The notes under the pieces were generated by a model. That model searched no databases, was not told the DNA's origin, and worked only from the letters and a program-made list of their open reading frames with translations. From a virus: a DNA stretch of 64,000 nt. Made by a program: the position numbers and the translations under genes. Within the stretch, counting starts at the first letter, position 1. The number at the start of each line of letters is the position of its first letter. The stretch covers positions 26,320 through 90,319 of IMG/VR virus record IMGVR_UViG_3300024264_000015; one strand, 5' to 3'. Positions 10,490 through 21,239 of this stretch are shown here, piece after piece.

Positions 10490-11439
10490 TTTTATTTACA
10501 GCAGATTGGCATATTAAATTAGGACAAAAGAACGTACCAGTAGCGTGGGCTTGCTCTCGTTATCAAATGTTCTTTGAACAAGTGCAGGAAGCTGTAGATA
10601 ATCATGAAGTTAATCTTCACATCATAGGCGGGGACTTGTTTGACCGAGTCCCTTCTATGGATGAGCTTACTTTGTACTTTGATTTTGTAAAAAGAACAAA
10701 AGTAAGAACAATTATCTATGATGGCAACCATGAAGCCACTAGAAAAAATAAAACTTTCTTTGATAATTTAAAGAGAGTAACAAATGAATTAAATCCTCTA
10801 GTAAAAGTTATAACAGAAACTTACTATGAGGATGATTGGGCAATCTTACCTTATGCAGACTTGCATAAAAAGAAAAGTATAGAAATGATAGATGCAGACT
10901 ATTTATTTACTCATGTAAGAGGTGAGATACCTCCTCATGTTATGCCCGAAGTAGAACTAGAAAGATTTGATAAGTTTAAGGAAGTGTACGCAGGAGATTT
11001 ACATGCTCACGAGAATACTCAACGAAACATTGTATATCCTGGCAGTCCAATGACAACATCATTTCATAGAAATATTGTAAAAACTGGGTACTTAATAATA
11101 GACGATAACTGGGATTGGACATGGTATGAATTTGATTTACCACAACTAATTCGTAAGACTATCGAAGACCCAGCGGATATGGAACAAACTGACTTTCACC
11201 ATACTATTTATGAAGTCACAGGAGATGTACAAGATTTAGCAAAAGTTAAAAACTCAGACCTTCTTGACAAAAAAGTAGTACGTAGAGAAGTTGATGCTAG
11301 ATTAGATTTGAGCGGAGATTTAACTATGTCAGAAGAGCTTATAAAATATTTACAAGAAATATTATCGCTTGATGATGAAAAAGTTAGACAAATTATAGGA
11401 GTGTTTAATGATTATTCTTCAGAAGCTGAAGTGGGATAA
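10486..11439 (+). CDS. D12: SbcD/Mre11-like nuclease (D12)
   Basis: Metallophosphoesterase motifs TADWH, GGDLFD, GNHE, GDLH, YPGSP. Confidence 0.9.
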   Translation: MILFTADWHIKLGQKNVPVAWACSRYQMFFEQVQEAVDNHEVNLHIIGGDLFDRVPSMDELTLYFDFVKRTKVRTIIYDGNHEATRKNKTFFDNLKRVTNELNPLVKVITETYYEDDWAILPYADLHKKKSIEMIDADYLFTHVRGEIPPHVMPEVELERFDKFKEVYAGDLHAHENTQRNIVYPGSPMTTSFHRNIVKTGYLIIDDNWDWTWYEFDLPQLIRKTIEDPADMEQTDFHHTIYEVTGDVQDLAKVKNSDLLDKKVVRREVDARLDLSGDLTMSEELIKYLQEILSLDDEKVRQIIGVFNDYSSEAEVG

Positions 11440-13222
11440 TTGCTTCTCGTACGGAGAAGGTAATGAGTTGAATTTATCAGATGCAACTCTTACACAGTTA
11501 GTCGGAACAAACGGCGTGGGTAAATCCTCTATACCCCTTATATTAGAGGAAGTCTTATTTAACAAAAATAGTAAAAATGTTAAGAAGGCAGATATAGCGA
11601 ACAGATATGTTAACAAAGGATATGATATTAGCCTTGAGTTTAGTGTCGACAGTGATTTATATAATATTGCTGTTAGTAGGCGTACAAATCTCAAATGCAA
11701 ATTAACTAAAAATGGAGAGGATATATCTTCTCACACTGCGTCTAATACCTATAAAACACTAGGAGATATTTTAGGTATAGACTTTAAAACGTTTAGTCAA
11801 TTAGTGTATCAGAATACTAATGCATCATTACAATTTTTAACAGCAACAGATACAAACCGTAAAAAGTTCTTAATCGACCTATTAAAACTAGACGATTATG
11901 TTTCATACTTTGAAGTTTTTAAAGAAGCTGTACGTAACGTATCTAGTATGGTAACAACAGAGGAAGCCAAAATTGCAACTATTCAAAAATGGTTGACAGA
12001 CAATATTCTCGAAGATAGTTCCATACTCGAAAAGAAAATTTTACCAAAAATTAATGAAAAAGATGAAGAATCTTTACGTTCTTTACAAGTAGAGTTTGCA
12101 AATATCTCGGAAAAGAATAAAAATATAAATTTAAATGAAAATCTGAAACAACAGTTAAACTCAATAGATTTGCACGAAGCCAAAAGACTTATGGCTTTAC
12201 ATCCTGAGTTGAAAGATACCAAAGTTATATTGGAGGGTTTAGGAACGTGGCGTGCTGAAGAAATGCATGAACAACAAATGTTGAAGAAATATCAAGACCT
12301 AGCGGGTATGGAAAACATGGAGTGTCCAACTTGTGAAGGTGCGATTGATATTGACTTTGTAAATAGAATGATTGCTGAACATTCAGAAAGAGTTGAACAA
12401 ACACAACAATTCGCAGCAAAAGATAGACAAAATTTAGAAGAGGCAGAGGCAGATAATGAGATACATAGGAAAGCAAAGAAAGACATCGAGACTTGGGAAA
12501 CTCTCTACAGGGACATTGACAGGGAACTCCCAACTAAAGTCCTCAATGCAGAACAACTCCAAGAGCAGATTTCGGAACTTCGTACAAAGATTACCACTGC
12601 TAGGGAAACTTTTCAAGAGGTAATAGATGAGAATGAAAAAATTGAAAGACATAACACAAGAATTGGAATTATTCTTGAACAAACGGAACAGTTTGAGAGC
12701 GACCTTAGTAACAGCGAGTCTAAACTTAAGAGTGCAGAAACAAAACTGGCGGTACTTGAAACACTTAAAAAAGCGTTCTCAACCAATGGACTCCTCGCGT
12801 ACAAGATAGAAAGTTTAGTAAAAGAGTTAGAGATTCTCACAAACGAATATCTAGCAGAGTTTAGTGATGGTAGATTTGCCATCAATTTTGTAGTGGAGAA
12901 TGATAAATTAAATGTGGAAGTCTCAGACAATGGCAATATTATTGACATCCTTGCTCTTTCTAGCGGCGAGTTAGCCAGAGTAAATATTGCAACACTAGTA
13001 TCAATTAGGAAGTTAATGACTTCAATTAGTAGAAGTCAAATTAATGTTCTTTTCCTTGACGAAGTAAACCAGGCGTTAGACGAAGTCGGAAAAGAAAAAG
13101 TAGTAGAAGTGTTATTAAAAGAAGAAACCTTAAATACTTATATGGTATCACATGGTTGGACACACCCTCTACTAGAGAAAATAGAAATAACAAAAGAGGA
13201 TAACATTAGTTATCTTGAATAG
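11408..13222 (+). CDS. D13: SbcC/Rad50-like ATPase (D13)
   Basis: GTNGVGKS, coiled coil with CPTC zinc hook, LSSGE signature, FLDE. Confidence 0.92.
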   Translation: MIILQKLKWDNCFSYGEGNELNLSDATLTQLVGTNGVGKSSIPLILEEVLFNKNSKNVKKADIANRYVNKGYDISLEFSVDSDLYNIAVSRRTNLKCKLTKNGEDISSHTASNTYKTLGDILGIDFKTFSQLVYQNTNASLQFLTATDTNRKKFLIDLLKLDDYVSYFEVFKEAVRNVSSMVTTEEAKIATIQKWLTDNILEDSSILEKKILPKINEKDEESLRSLQVEFANISEKNKNINLNENLKQQLNSIDLHEAKRLMALHPELKDTKVILEGLGTWRAEEMHEQQMLKKYQDLAGMENMECPTCEGAIDIDFVNRMIAEHSERVEQTQQFAAKDRQNLEEAEADNEIHRKAKKDIETWETLYRDIDRELPTKVLNAEQLQEQISELRTKITTARETFQEVIDENEKIERHNTRIGIILEQTEQFESDLSNSESKLKSAETKLAVLETLKKAFSTNGLLAYKIESLVKELEILTNEYLAEFSDGRFAINFVVENDKLNVEVSDNGNIIDILALSSGELARVNIATLVSIRKLMTSISRSQINVLFLDEVNQALDEVGKEKVVEVLLKEETLNTYMVSHGWTHPLLEKIEITKEDNISYLE

Positions 13223-13239
13223 CAACACAAAAGTATATC

Positions 13240-13268
13240 TTGACATGAAACTTATTTTCTGTTATAAT
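13240..13268 (+). promoter_or_regulatory. consensus sigma70 promoter with extended -10
   Basis: TTGACA(13240-45)-17 bp-TATAAT(13263-68), TG at 13260-61. Confidence 0.85.
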
Positions 13269-13288
13269 ATATATCTTATGGAGAAAAA

Positions 13289-13516
13289 ATGAAAGTAGAA
13301 ATTTATAGTATACCAAATTGTACTTATTGCAAGAAGGCTAAGTTTTTAGCTGACCATGTAGATGAAGTAACAGAGGTGTCATATAAAATGATTGGCAAAG
13401 ATTTTTCTGCGTCTGATGTTAGAGAACTATTTCCTGGTGCTAGGACATTCCCACAAATACTTGTAGACGATAAGCACATTGGCGGCTACATAGAACTGGA
13501 GAAGTTAATTGGTTAA
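13289..13516 (+). CDS. grx: glutaredoxin
   Basis: CTYC active site, TFPQI, IGGY. Confidence 0.9.
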   Translation: MKVEIYSIPNCTYCKKAKFLADHVDEVTEVSYKMIGKDFSASDVRELFPGARTFPQILVDDKHIGGYIELEKLIG

Positions 13517-13997
13517 TGGTAGACAGAAAGGTAATAACGCAGAAATAAAAGTAGCAGAAATGTTACACAGATATACAGGAGAAGCTTTTGTACAAACCCC
13601 AGGCTCAGGTAGTGGTAAGATAAAAGGCGACTTAATGGTAGCACACAAAGAAAACTTGTTTGCTATAGAAGTAAAGTTCTATAGAGATATGTCTTTTAAC
13701 CACAAAATGTTTACACAAAAAAGTAATAAATTTGTAAACTGGTGGAGTAAGATAGTGAAACAAGCTGAGCAAATGAAACAAGAACCTATATTGTTCTTCA
13801 AAGAAAACCACTCACAATGGTATGTGGCAACGACAAGAAAGCCACTTTACAAAAAACATATGTACTTTAATTGGCTAGGTTGCTATGTAACTTTAGCTGA
13901 TAAATTTTTAGAAACACAAAACATGGAATTTACAAATGGCGATACAATTTATGAACCATGGAAAGCCGACCCCGAATGGGAACTTATTGATTGTTGA
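13509..13997 (+). CDS. D14: D14-like PD-(D/E)xK nuclease / Holliday junction resolvase
   Basis: GRQKGNNAE...PGSGSG...KGD...IEVKFY; synteny before D15. Confidence 0.8.
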   Translation: MVNGRQKGNNAEIKVAEMLHRYTGEAFVQTPGSGSGKIKGDLMVAHKENLFAIEVKFYRDMSFNHKMFTQKSNKFVNWWSKIVKQAEQMKQEPILFFKENHSQWYVATTRKPLYKKHMYFNWLGCYVTLADKFLETQNMEFTNGDTIYEPWKADPEWELIDC

Positions 13998-14787
13998 TGG
14001 ACTCAATCTGGCTTTTCGATGGAAACACCAAGGTAATACTGACTTCGAGCATGATTATGTAAGAACTGTTCAGTCTTTGGCAAAGTCCTATAACTGTGGA
14101 GAGATAGTCGTTTTAGGCGACGGCGGTAGTAACTATCGTAAGGAAATCTATCCAGAGTATAAAGCAAATCGTAAAGAACGATATGCAGAACAAACAGAAA
14201 AAGAAGCAAAAGAATTTGAAATGTTCTTAGCAGAATTTTCAACTACTTTAAGTGCGTTAAAGCGTAAGGGATATCTTACGCTTAAATATCCTGGAGTAGA
14301 AGCTGATGATATTGCAGCTCTTATTTGTCAAAACAGAGAAGAGTTAGGTCTCGATGAGATTTGGATGATATCTTCAGATAGAGACTGGGATTTACTAGTC
14401 GATGGTAATATAAGTAGATTTTCTACAGTTACCAGAAAAGAAACAACACTCCTAAATTGGGACGAGCATTATGACTTTGACCCTGAGTACTTTTTAACAT
14501 ATAAGTGCTTAACTGGAGATAAAGGAGATAACGTTCCTGGTGTTGATGGAATCGGGCCTAAAAGAGCCACACAGATTATACAACAGTATGGAGATATCTT
14601 TGATATTATGGCGAGTTTGCCAATGGAAGGAAAGTACAAATTCATTCAGAACTTAAATGAGTTCGGAGAAGAAGGACTAGAGATTGGTATTAAACTCATG
14701 GATTTAACTTATGACGTAGACGGTGCTGTCTTAGGTCATGCAGAAGAAATTATAGGATTAGTAGAAGATTATGTCAGTAAAAATTGA
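13936..14787 (+). CDS. D15: flap endonuclease / 5'-3' exonuclease (D15)
   Basis: DGLNLAFR, YKANR, EADD, SSDRDW, GDKGDNVPGVDGIGPKRA. Confidence 0.93.
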   Translation: MAIQFMNHGKPTPNGNLLIVDGLNLAFRWKHQGNTDFEHDYVRTVQSLAKSYNCGEIVVLGDGGSNYRKEIYPEYKANRKERYAEQTEKEAKEFEMFLAEFSTTLSALKRKGYLTLKYPGVEADDIAALICQNREELGLDEIWMISSDRDWDLLVDGNISRFSTVTRKETTLLNWDEHYDFDPEYFLTYKCLTGDKGDNVPGVDGIGPKRATQIIQQYGDIFDIMASLPMEGKYKFIQNLNEFGEEGLEIGIKLMDLTYDVDGAVLGHAEEIIGLVEDYVSKN

Positions 14788-16543
14788 TTTTAGTAAAGAC
14801 AAACTTTTAGATGATTTTGCATTAGCAACTCTAAAAGATAGATATATGGTAGGTGATGAAACTTCACCACAAGAAGCTTTTGCTCGTGCTGCAATGGCTT
14901 TTGCAGATGATGACGACCATGCACAAAGGTTATATGATTATGTAAGTAAACTATGGTTTATGTTTGCTACGCCTGTATTATCAAATGGAGGTACTCGCAG
15001 AGGACTTCCCATTAGTTGTTTTTTGAACTATGTAGACGATAGTAGAGAAGGAATAACAGACCATTTTACAGAAAATGCGTTCTTAAGTTCTTTCGGTGGT
15101 GGTATCGGAGGACATTGGTCTGATGTTAGGTCTATGGGAAGTAAAACTTCTAAAGGGTCTGAATCGACTGGTGTGATACCATTCATGAAAGTGGTAGATG
15201 CAGAAATGCTTGCTTTCTCACAAGGGGTTACAAGAAGAGGAAGTTATGCAGCGTATCTACATATTAGTCACCCAGAAATAGAGGAGTTCTTAGATGGAAG
15301 AAAACCCACTGGTGGAGATGTTAATAGGAAGTTCACTAATCTGCATCATGGTATTGTTATACCTGATGCTTTTATGGAACTAATTCATAGAGCAAGTAAA
15401 GAAGAAGGCTTTGATGACTCTTGGGAATTAATTGACCCACATTCAAAAGAAGTAAAAAAAGTAGTATCTGCTAGAGCCTTATGGGTAAAGATATTACAAA
15501 ATAGAATAGAAACAGGAGAGCCCTATGTAATGTATGAAGATGCAGTGCAAAATGGATTACCTGAGTTTCAAAAAAGAAAGGGGTTACAAGTACATCACTC
15601 TAATTTATGTAGCGAAATTACTCTTGCTACTAATGAGGAAAGAACAGCAGTATGTTGTCTTTCTAGTGTAAATTTAGAGTATTATGATGAATGGAAAAAT
15701 CACCCTTCTTTTATCCCTGACTTAGTTAGGATGTTAGATAATGTATTAACATACTTTATTGAAAATGCACCTAGCCAATTAGATAAAGCTAAGTTTAGTG
15801 CTTACAGGGAGAGAAGCATTGGACTTGGCGCTATGGGGTTTCATGCATACCTGCAAAAGAATGGTATTCCATTTGAGAGTGCTATGGCAGGCGGTACTAA
15901 TTTAGAGATGTTTGCGTTTATAAAAAGACACGCAGACAACGAAACCAGAAAACTAGCAGCAGAAAGAGGCGCTTGTCCAGATGATGATTCTTGCACAGTA
16001 AGAAATGCTCATCTATTAGCGATTGCTCCTAATGCTAGTTCTAGTATTATTTGTGGAAACACAAGTCCAAGTATTGAGCCATTTAGAGCCAATGCTTATA
16101 CACAGAAAACAAAAACAGGAAGTAACCTAGTAAAGAACAAGTACTTAGATGCAATCATCAAAGAAAAAGTTACTCCTGAACTGTATGATGAAACATGGTC
16201 TAGTATAGTTGCGAACAAAGGAAGTGTTCAGCACTTAGATATACTAGACGAGTGGGAGAAAGATGTATTCAAAACAGCAGTTGAAATCAACCAGGCATGG
16301 GTAGTGGAACACGCTTCAGTCAGACAAGAATTTATTTGTCAGTCTCAAAGTGTGAATCTATTCTTTCCACCTGATGTAAATAAAGGGGATTTGCACAATG
16401 TACATATGTTAGCATGGGCAAAGAACTTAAAAACATTATATTACCTAAGAAGTGAAGCTATCGGACGTGCCGATAATGTATCTTCTCAGGCTAAAAGAGA
16501 GATAATCTTTGAACAATCAGATTGTCTAAGTTGCGAGGGATAA
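14771..16543 (+). CDS. nrdA: ribonucleotide reductase class I alpha subunit (no ATP cone)
   Basis: PISCF, SNLCSEI, VCCLSS, APNASSS, LYYLRS, C-terminal CLSCEG. Confidence 0.95.
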   Translation: MSVKIDFSKDKLLDDFALATLKDRYMVGDETSPQEAFARAAMAFADDDDHAQRLYDYVSKLWFMFATPVLSNGGTRRGLPISCFLNYVDDSREGITDHFTENAFLSSFGGGIGGHWSDVRSMGSKTSKGSESTGVIPFMKVVDAEMLAFSQGVTRRGSYAAYLHISHPEIEEFLDGRKPTGGDVNRKFTNLHHGIVIPDAFMELIHRASKEEGFDDSWELIDPHSKEVKKVVSARALWVKILQNRIETGEPYVMYEDAVQNGLPEFQKRKGLQVHHSNLCSEITLATNEERTAVCCLSSVNLEYYDEWKNHPSFIPDLVRMLDNVLTYFIENAPSQLDKAKFSAYRERSIGLGAMGFHAYLQKNGIPFESAMAGGTNLEMFAFIKRHADNETRKLAAERGACPDDDSCTVRNAHLLAIAPNASSSIICGNTSPSIEPFRANAYTQKTKTGSNLVKNKYLDAIIKEKVTPELYDETWSSIVANKGSVQHLDILDEWEKDVFKTAVEINQAWVVEHASVRQEFICQSQSVNLFFPPDVNKGDLHNVHMLAWAKNLKTLYYLRSEAIGRADNVSSQAKREIIFEQSDCLSCEG

Positions 16544-17506
16544 ATGAGCAAACTATTAGAAGAAAGAGATTATTATAAACCTTTTGATTATCCTTGGGCA
16601 TTTGAGTTTTACAAAAAACAACAACAAATGCATTGGCTACCTGAAGAAGTGCCACTCCAAGATGACATCAAAGATTATAATGTAAAACTATCAGAAGGCG
16701 AGAGGAAACTTATAGATAACATATTTAAGTTTTTTACACAAGCCGATGTAGATGTATGTTGTGGATATGCAAAGCATTATCTTCCAACATTTAAAGTACC
16801 AGAAATAAGAATGATGCTAGTAAGTTATGCTGCTATGGAAGCAGTACACCAAGAAGCGTATTCTTTATTGCTGGAGACATTAGGAAAATCAGATGACCAA
16901 TACACAGAGTTTTTTGAAATACAAGCTATGGCAGAAAAGCATGAGTATTTAACTGATTTTAATATGTCAAACCCACACGAGATTGCAAAGACAATGGCAG
17001 TCTATAGTGGTTTTACAGAAGGAGTACAACTATTTAGTAGTTTTGCTATCCTTTTAAACTATCCAAGACATAATCTTATGAAAGGTATGGGGCAGATAGT
17101 AACATGGTCTATAAGAGACGAGTCACTTCACGTTGAAGGATTATCAAAACTCTTTAGGGCTTTCATTGCAGAAAATCCAGAAATATGGACAGATAAACTA
17201 AAATATGAGATATATTGTGCAGCAGAGCGCGTTGTTGAATTAGAAGATAAGTTTATTGATGTTTGTTTTGATAAAGCAGATATCAAAGATTTAACAGCAA
17301 AAGAAGTGAAAGAATACATAAGATACATCGCCGATAGACGATTATTAGGTCTTGGTATGAAAGCAATATTCCATAGTACAGTTAATCCACTTCCTTGGAT
17401 TGATATGCAAGTAAATGCAGTTGAGCATACCAACTTTTTTGAAAACCGTGCTACTGAGTATGCTAAGGCTAGTACACAAGGCAATTGGCAGGATATATTT
17501 AAATAA
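16544..17506 (+). CDS. nrdB: ribonucleotide reductase class Ia beta subunit
   Basis: FFTQAD, EAVHQEAY (radical Tyr), EGVQLFSSF, RDESLH, NFFE. Confidence 0.95.
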   Translation: MSKLLEERDYYKPFDYPWAFEFYKKQQQMHWLPEEVPLQDDIKDYNVKLSEGERKLIDNIFKFFTQADVDVCCGYAKHYLPTFKVPEIRMMLVSYAAMEAVHQEAYSLLLETLGKSDDQYTEFFEIQAMAEKHEYLTDFNMSNPHEIAKTMAVYSGFTEGVQLFSSFAILLNYPRHNLMKGMGQIVTWSIRDESLHVEGLSKLFRAFIAENPEIWTDKLKYEIYCAAERVVELEDKFIDVCFDKADIKDLTAKEVKEYIRYIADRRLLGLGMKAIFHSTVNPLPWIDMQVNAVEHTNFFENRATEYAKASTQGNWQDIFK

Positions 17507-17718
17507 TGAATAATTTACCAGAGTCCATAGAAATCGATGGTGTAACGTATTATACTGATGATATGGCAGAAAACCAAAGGCTTATTCTACTAGCTATAAG
17601 TCAATGTGATATAGAGTTAGATAGAGCAAAGCACATGATGGCTATTTGCCAAACAGCGAGACAAGCATATATAAATGATTTAGGTACACAACTTAAAGAA
17701 GATGCAAAAGAATCTTAG
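17506..17718 (+). CDS. small hypothetical protein (DUF6447-like)
   Basis: IEIDGVTY...followed by a helix ending QTARQAYINDL. Confidence 0.55.
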   Translation: MNNLPESIEIDGVTYYTDDMAENQRLILLAISQCDIELDRAKHMMAICQTARQAYINDLGTQLKEDAKES

Positions 17719-19021
17719 ATTTTATATATTAGTAACTCATACTTTACACAAGGTTCAAAGACACTTTTCTTACTCAGGAATACAACCTAAGGAAGCTATG
17801 GTAGTTATAAATACTACTAATGATGTTTTCTATAAACAATGTAGCAACTGGTGTGAATCGCAAGGCATACCATGGATTCGTACAGAATCTGATGGTACAC
17901 CTGCGACTGGAAAGAATAGTGTCTTGGATTTGTTTTTAAAAAGTAAAGATGATTATATGGTAGCTGTAGATGGTGATGATTATATCACTAAATATGGCTA
18001 TGCTTATTATAAAAATGTTGTAAACCAAGATAACACCCCCGATAGTTTATGTCTATATAAACAACAATCCCAACTAATCACCATTTTTGGTCAAAGAATA
18101 TGGATTAATCTTATGGGACTCCCCACAGATTTAGATACTGAAATGCATATACGTAGAAGTCATTTAATGGGAGAAGTGTACGCACACCATTTAAAAGATT
18201 ATTATGAAGAAAAGTATGGAGACCTAGAACTATATGTAGAAGATTGTTTGAAACATACAAAAGAAAATTTATATTATGTCTATAAGTATTATGAAAGATA
18301 TAAAATATATGATAACGATTTTGCAGAATCTCATTGTAGACCTGTATTGTTTTCCAAAGCAGCAGCAAAAGAATGTCATTTTCCTAGTAATGTACCTGTA
18401 GGAGAAGATACTTTAGTATATTTACAACTTAAAAATGCACATTTTCAAGGAAGAATACATACTGAACTAGTAGATGAACTAAAAGAAAATATGACTTATC
18501 TTTATGACTGTATAAAAGCGGACGGAGACGATTTAGGAGCTATGCTAGGAATTACTCTTAATCAGACAGACTATACTTGGGTACGTTTAATAAATATAAA
18601 ATTAAAAGAAATGGAACAAAAAGGAGAGTTACATGCTATTCCGCTACCTGTAAATAATTGTTTACCAAGTAAGTGGAAAAAAGATAACATAATACCTGCA
18701 AGACCCCAGTTTCCTCTTGATTTTAATTTAAAGAAATGGGATGAAAGATGGGAAGACAAACCCCAATACGATAAACCAAGTGATAAAGCTATGGAATTAA
18801 TAGATAATATAAGAATGTGTGAGTATTATGCGTCTACGGAATCTGGAGTAGTATTGCAAATAATAGAACAACAAAAAGAAAACAAAAAACAATTATTAGA
18901 AGTTTTAGGCCTAAGTCCTAATGCTATGGTCAAGTTTCCTAAAGGCTACTTTAAAAACTCTAGACCTTACTTTCACCACGCTACTCCTCAAGAAGTAGCA
19001 CAACTTTATCCAAAATCATGA
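17702..19021 (+). CDS. GT-A glycosyltransferase-like protein
   Basis: VVINT, SDGTPATGKNSVL, VAVDGDD (DxD), VGEDTL. Confidence 0.6.
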   Translation: MQKNLRFYILVTHTLHKVQRHFSYSGIQPKEAMVVINTTNDVFYKQCSNWCESQGIPWIRTESDGTPATGKNSVLDLFLKSKDDYMVAVDGDDYITKYGYAYYKNVVNQDNTPDSLCLYKQQSQLITIFGQRIWINLMGLPTDLDTEMHIRRSHLMGEVYAHHLKDYYEEKYGDLELYVEDCLKHTKENLYYVYKYYERYKIYDNDFAESHCRPVLFSKAAAKECHFPSNVPVGEDTLVYLQLKNAHFQGRIHTELVDELKENMTYLYDCIKADGDDLGAMLGITLNQTDYTWVRLINIKLKEMEQKGELHAIPLPVNNCLPSKWKKDNIIPARPQFPLDFNLKKWDERWEDKPQYDKPSDKAMELIDNIRMCEYYASTESGVVLQIIEQQKENKKQLLEVLGLSPNAMVKFPKGYFKNSRPYFHHATPQEVAQLYPKS

Positions 19022-19647
19022 AAATCTTTATAGGTTATGAATCTGCATACCCACAAATGTTTGACGTCTGTGCAAAAAGCATAAATCGTTACAATTCCAA
19101 TCATGAAATCATACCACTCAAAAAATCGGAAATATCCGAATATACTCGTCCTTTTCAGAACGAGAGTACAGAGTTTGCCTTTACTCGTTTTCTAGTACCA
19201 CAGCTCTGTGACTACGAAGGGGAAGCTTTATTCTGTGATGGAGATTTCTTATGGCTCTGTGACCCTGAAGAAGTTATGGATTATTTTTCCGATGAACATA
19301 CAGTTCATGTGGTAAAACATCCTAGTTTCCTCGTCAAACCTAAGAAAATGAAAAACAAGAAAAACCATGCTTATCCTAGAAAATACTGGTCAAGTCTTAT
19401 GCTTTTCAATAATCCTAAGTGTAAAGAACTTACTTATGATTATGTAAACCAAGCCCCAGCGGGTGCATTGCATGAGTTACATTGGGCAGATAGTATAGGG
19501 GAACTTCCTGCGCAGTATAATGCCATGGTAAATTATTACAAATTCAAGAGACCAAAAGCACTCCACTATACAGACGGCGGGCCTTGGTTAAATATAAACG
19601 AGTGTTCGGAGTACACAGCAAAATGGATGACACTTTACAAAAGTTAA
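19018..19647 (+). CDS. glycosyltransferase (GT8-like)
   Basis: KIFIGY, STEFAFTRFLVP, FCDGDFL, YPRKYWSSLMLFN, HYTDGGPW. Confidence 0.8.
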   Translation: MKIFIGYESAYPQMFDVCAKSINRYNSNHEIIPLKKSEISEYTRPFQNESTEFAFTRFLVPQLCDYEGEALFCDGDFLWLCDPEEVMDYFSDEHTVHVVKHPSFLVKPKKMKNKKNHAYPRKYWSSLMLFNNPKCKELTYDYVNQAPAGALHELHWADSIGELPAQYNAMVNYYKFKRPKALHYTDGGPWLNINECSEYTAKWMTLYKS

Positions 19648-20273
19648 CAGAAGATAAAAATATTATACTTGTGGGAAATTCAGTGGAAATGTTGGAGCAT
19701 GAGTATGGGGAGTACATAGAAAAGTTTGATACAATTGTACGATTTGGAAATGGTATACCTGATAAACACCCTAAGAATATGGGCACTCGCACAGATATAT
19801 GGATTACAGGGTGGCTTCGTATGATTAAACATAAACATTTTCCAACCGCGTATAAATTATTCAATCGTTGCAGAATACACTTGGATATAAAACCTAAAGA
19901 AATGAAACCTGAGTTTGAATATGAGACTATGTTCGATGATGACGAATTAAAAAATATTTATAAAATGGTAGGGGCAAAGAATAATGTGAAGATGGGAAAT
20001 AGACCGAGTGCAGGTTTCTTAGGTATATTATTTTTTCTTACTAAAACCAATCCTAAGTCAATTACTCTAATTGGCTTTGACTTTTTCTCTAAAAAATTAC
20101 CTTTTAAAAGTGGCAATGATTACCCTGCAAGTTGGCATCTACCACACAATTCACAAGAGGCTAGTCCGCATAATATTATGGAAAAACCACTTGTGCAAAA
20201 ATGGGCAAAGGAAGGTAAGTTGAAATGGAAAATCTTATCTGACTTGAACGAAGAGTTCTTAGATTTTTCCTAG
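19623..20273 (+). CDS. GT29/sialyltransferase-like protein
   Basis: IILVGNS...IEKFDTIVRF...GTRTD (sialylmotif L-like), PSAGF, LIGFDFF (S-like). ATG at 19623 preferred. Confidence 0.7.
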   Translation: MDDTLQKLTEDKNIILVGNSVEMLEHEYGEYIEKFDTIVRFGNGIPDKHPKNMGTRTDIWITGWLRMIKHKHFPTAYKLFNRCRIHLDIKPKEMKPEFEYETMFDDDELKNIYKMVGAKNNVKMGNRPSAGFLGILFFLTKTNPKSITLIGFDFFSKKLPFKSGNDYPASWHLPHNSQEASPHNIMEKPLVQKWAKEGKLKWKILSDLNEEFLDFS

Positions 20274-21239
20274 TTTATATCCGACTTCAATTAATTTTCT
20301 TGATACTTGTTTCTGTTTATTTGATTTAAATAATAGAAGTTCGTTGAGTCTAGCATTTCTTAAATTTACAGGTATGTTCGGTATCTGTGCAGTCCACAAA
20401 TCCCAAGGTATTCCTAATTGTACTCCTGCAGGTAGATACTCATATTTTTTAAGTAACCACTCTGGTTTTACATGGACACTAAATGCTTTTCTCATAATTA
20501 CATTGTGATTAATAAAGTCTTTTGTATTTAGTGCTTCGTAAGTAAGAAGTTTATCATTTTTACCGTTTACATAAACTGGCATTGCTTTTCCTCTGTAATG
20601 AAACTTCTCAAAGAAAGACTGATTCCAACTACCCATAACTCTTCTATCTATATGATGTGGATAGAGTACAGGATTGATTCTATTAGTCTGACCTCTTGCA
20701 AATAGTAATTTTTCATCGAAAGTAACCATTTTATCCCAATTTATAATAAAGAACTGGGGGTCAACCATACCTTTACTTACAGTTTCTTTTCTACCTACAT
20801 GCTCTTCTTCAAACATTTGACTTTTCCAACCTAAAATATCATAGTACTTTTTATAAGTAGGATGGTCTTTATAGACATGATTATGGCTATATAAAACAAA
20901 TTTATCATCAAAGTATTTATTATCAGGTAATTCGTTTTTCCAATTATTTCTTAAGAATATTCTTGCACCACCTGCGTACATAACTCTTTTGTTTAGTCCG
21001 CCTTTATCTTTCCAATACTCTTTTAAGTATCTTATAGCTCTAGCTTGTTCTTCACCTTTCCAGAAACTTTGATATACTTTTACGTTTTCTATATTACTTA
21101 TTACCCACTCTACTACACTTTTATCCCAGTCATCTTCGTGAATAAATAAATGCAAGCGAAAGTCCTCGTCTTTCTCAATCAGAGAAGCAAGTGTAAATAA
21201 ACTAAAATCTTTTATGTATGTATGTACTATCTCAATCAT
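20259..21239 (-). CDS. hypothetical protein, possibly a divergent GT-A glycosyltransferase
   Basis: N-terminal FTLASL...FRLHLFI pattern resembles GT8 N-termini; no clear DxD; lies within the GT cluster. Confidence 0.45.
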   Translation of the reverse strand: MIEIVHTYIKDFSLFTLASLIEKDEDFRLHLFIHEDDWDKSVVEWVISNIENVKVYQSFWKGEEQARAIRYLKEYWKDKGGLNKRVMYAGGARIFLRNNWKNELPDNKYFDDKFVLYSHNHVYKDHPTYKKYYDILGWKSQMFEEEHVGRKETVSKGMVDPQFFIINWDKMVTFDEKLLFARGQTNRINPVLYPHHIDRRVMGSWNQSFFEKFHYRGKAMPVYVNGKNDKLLTYEALNTKDFINHNVIMRKAFSVHVKPEWLLKKYEYLPAGVQLGIPWDLWTAQIPNIPVNLRNARLNELLLFKSNKQKQVSRKLIEVGYKLGKI

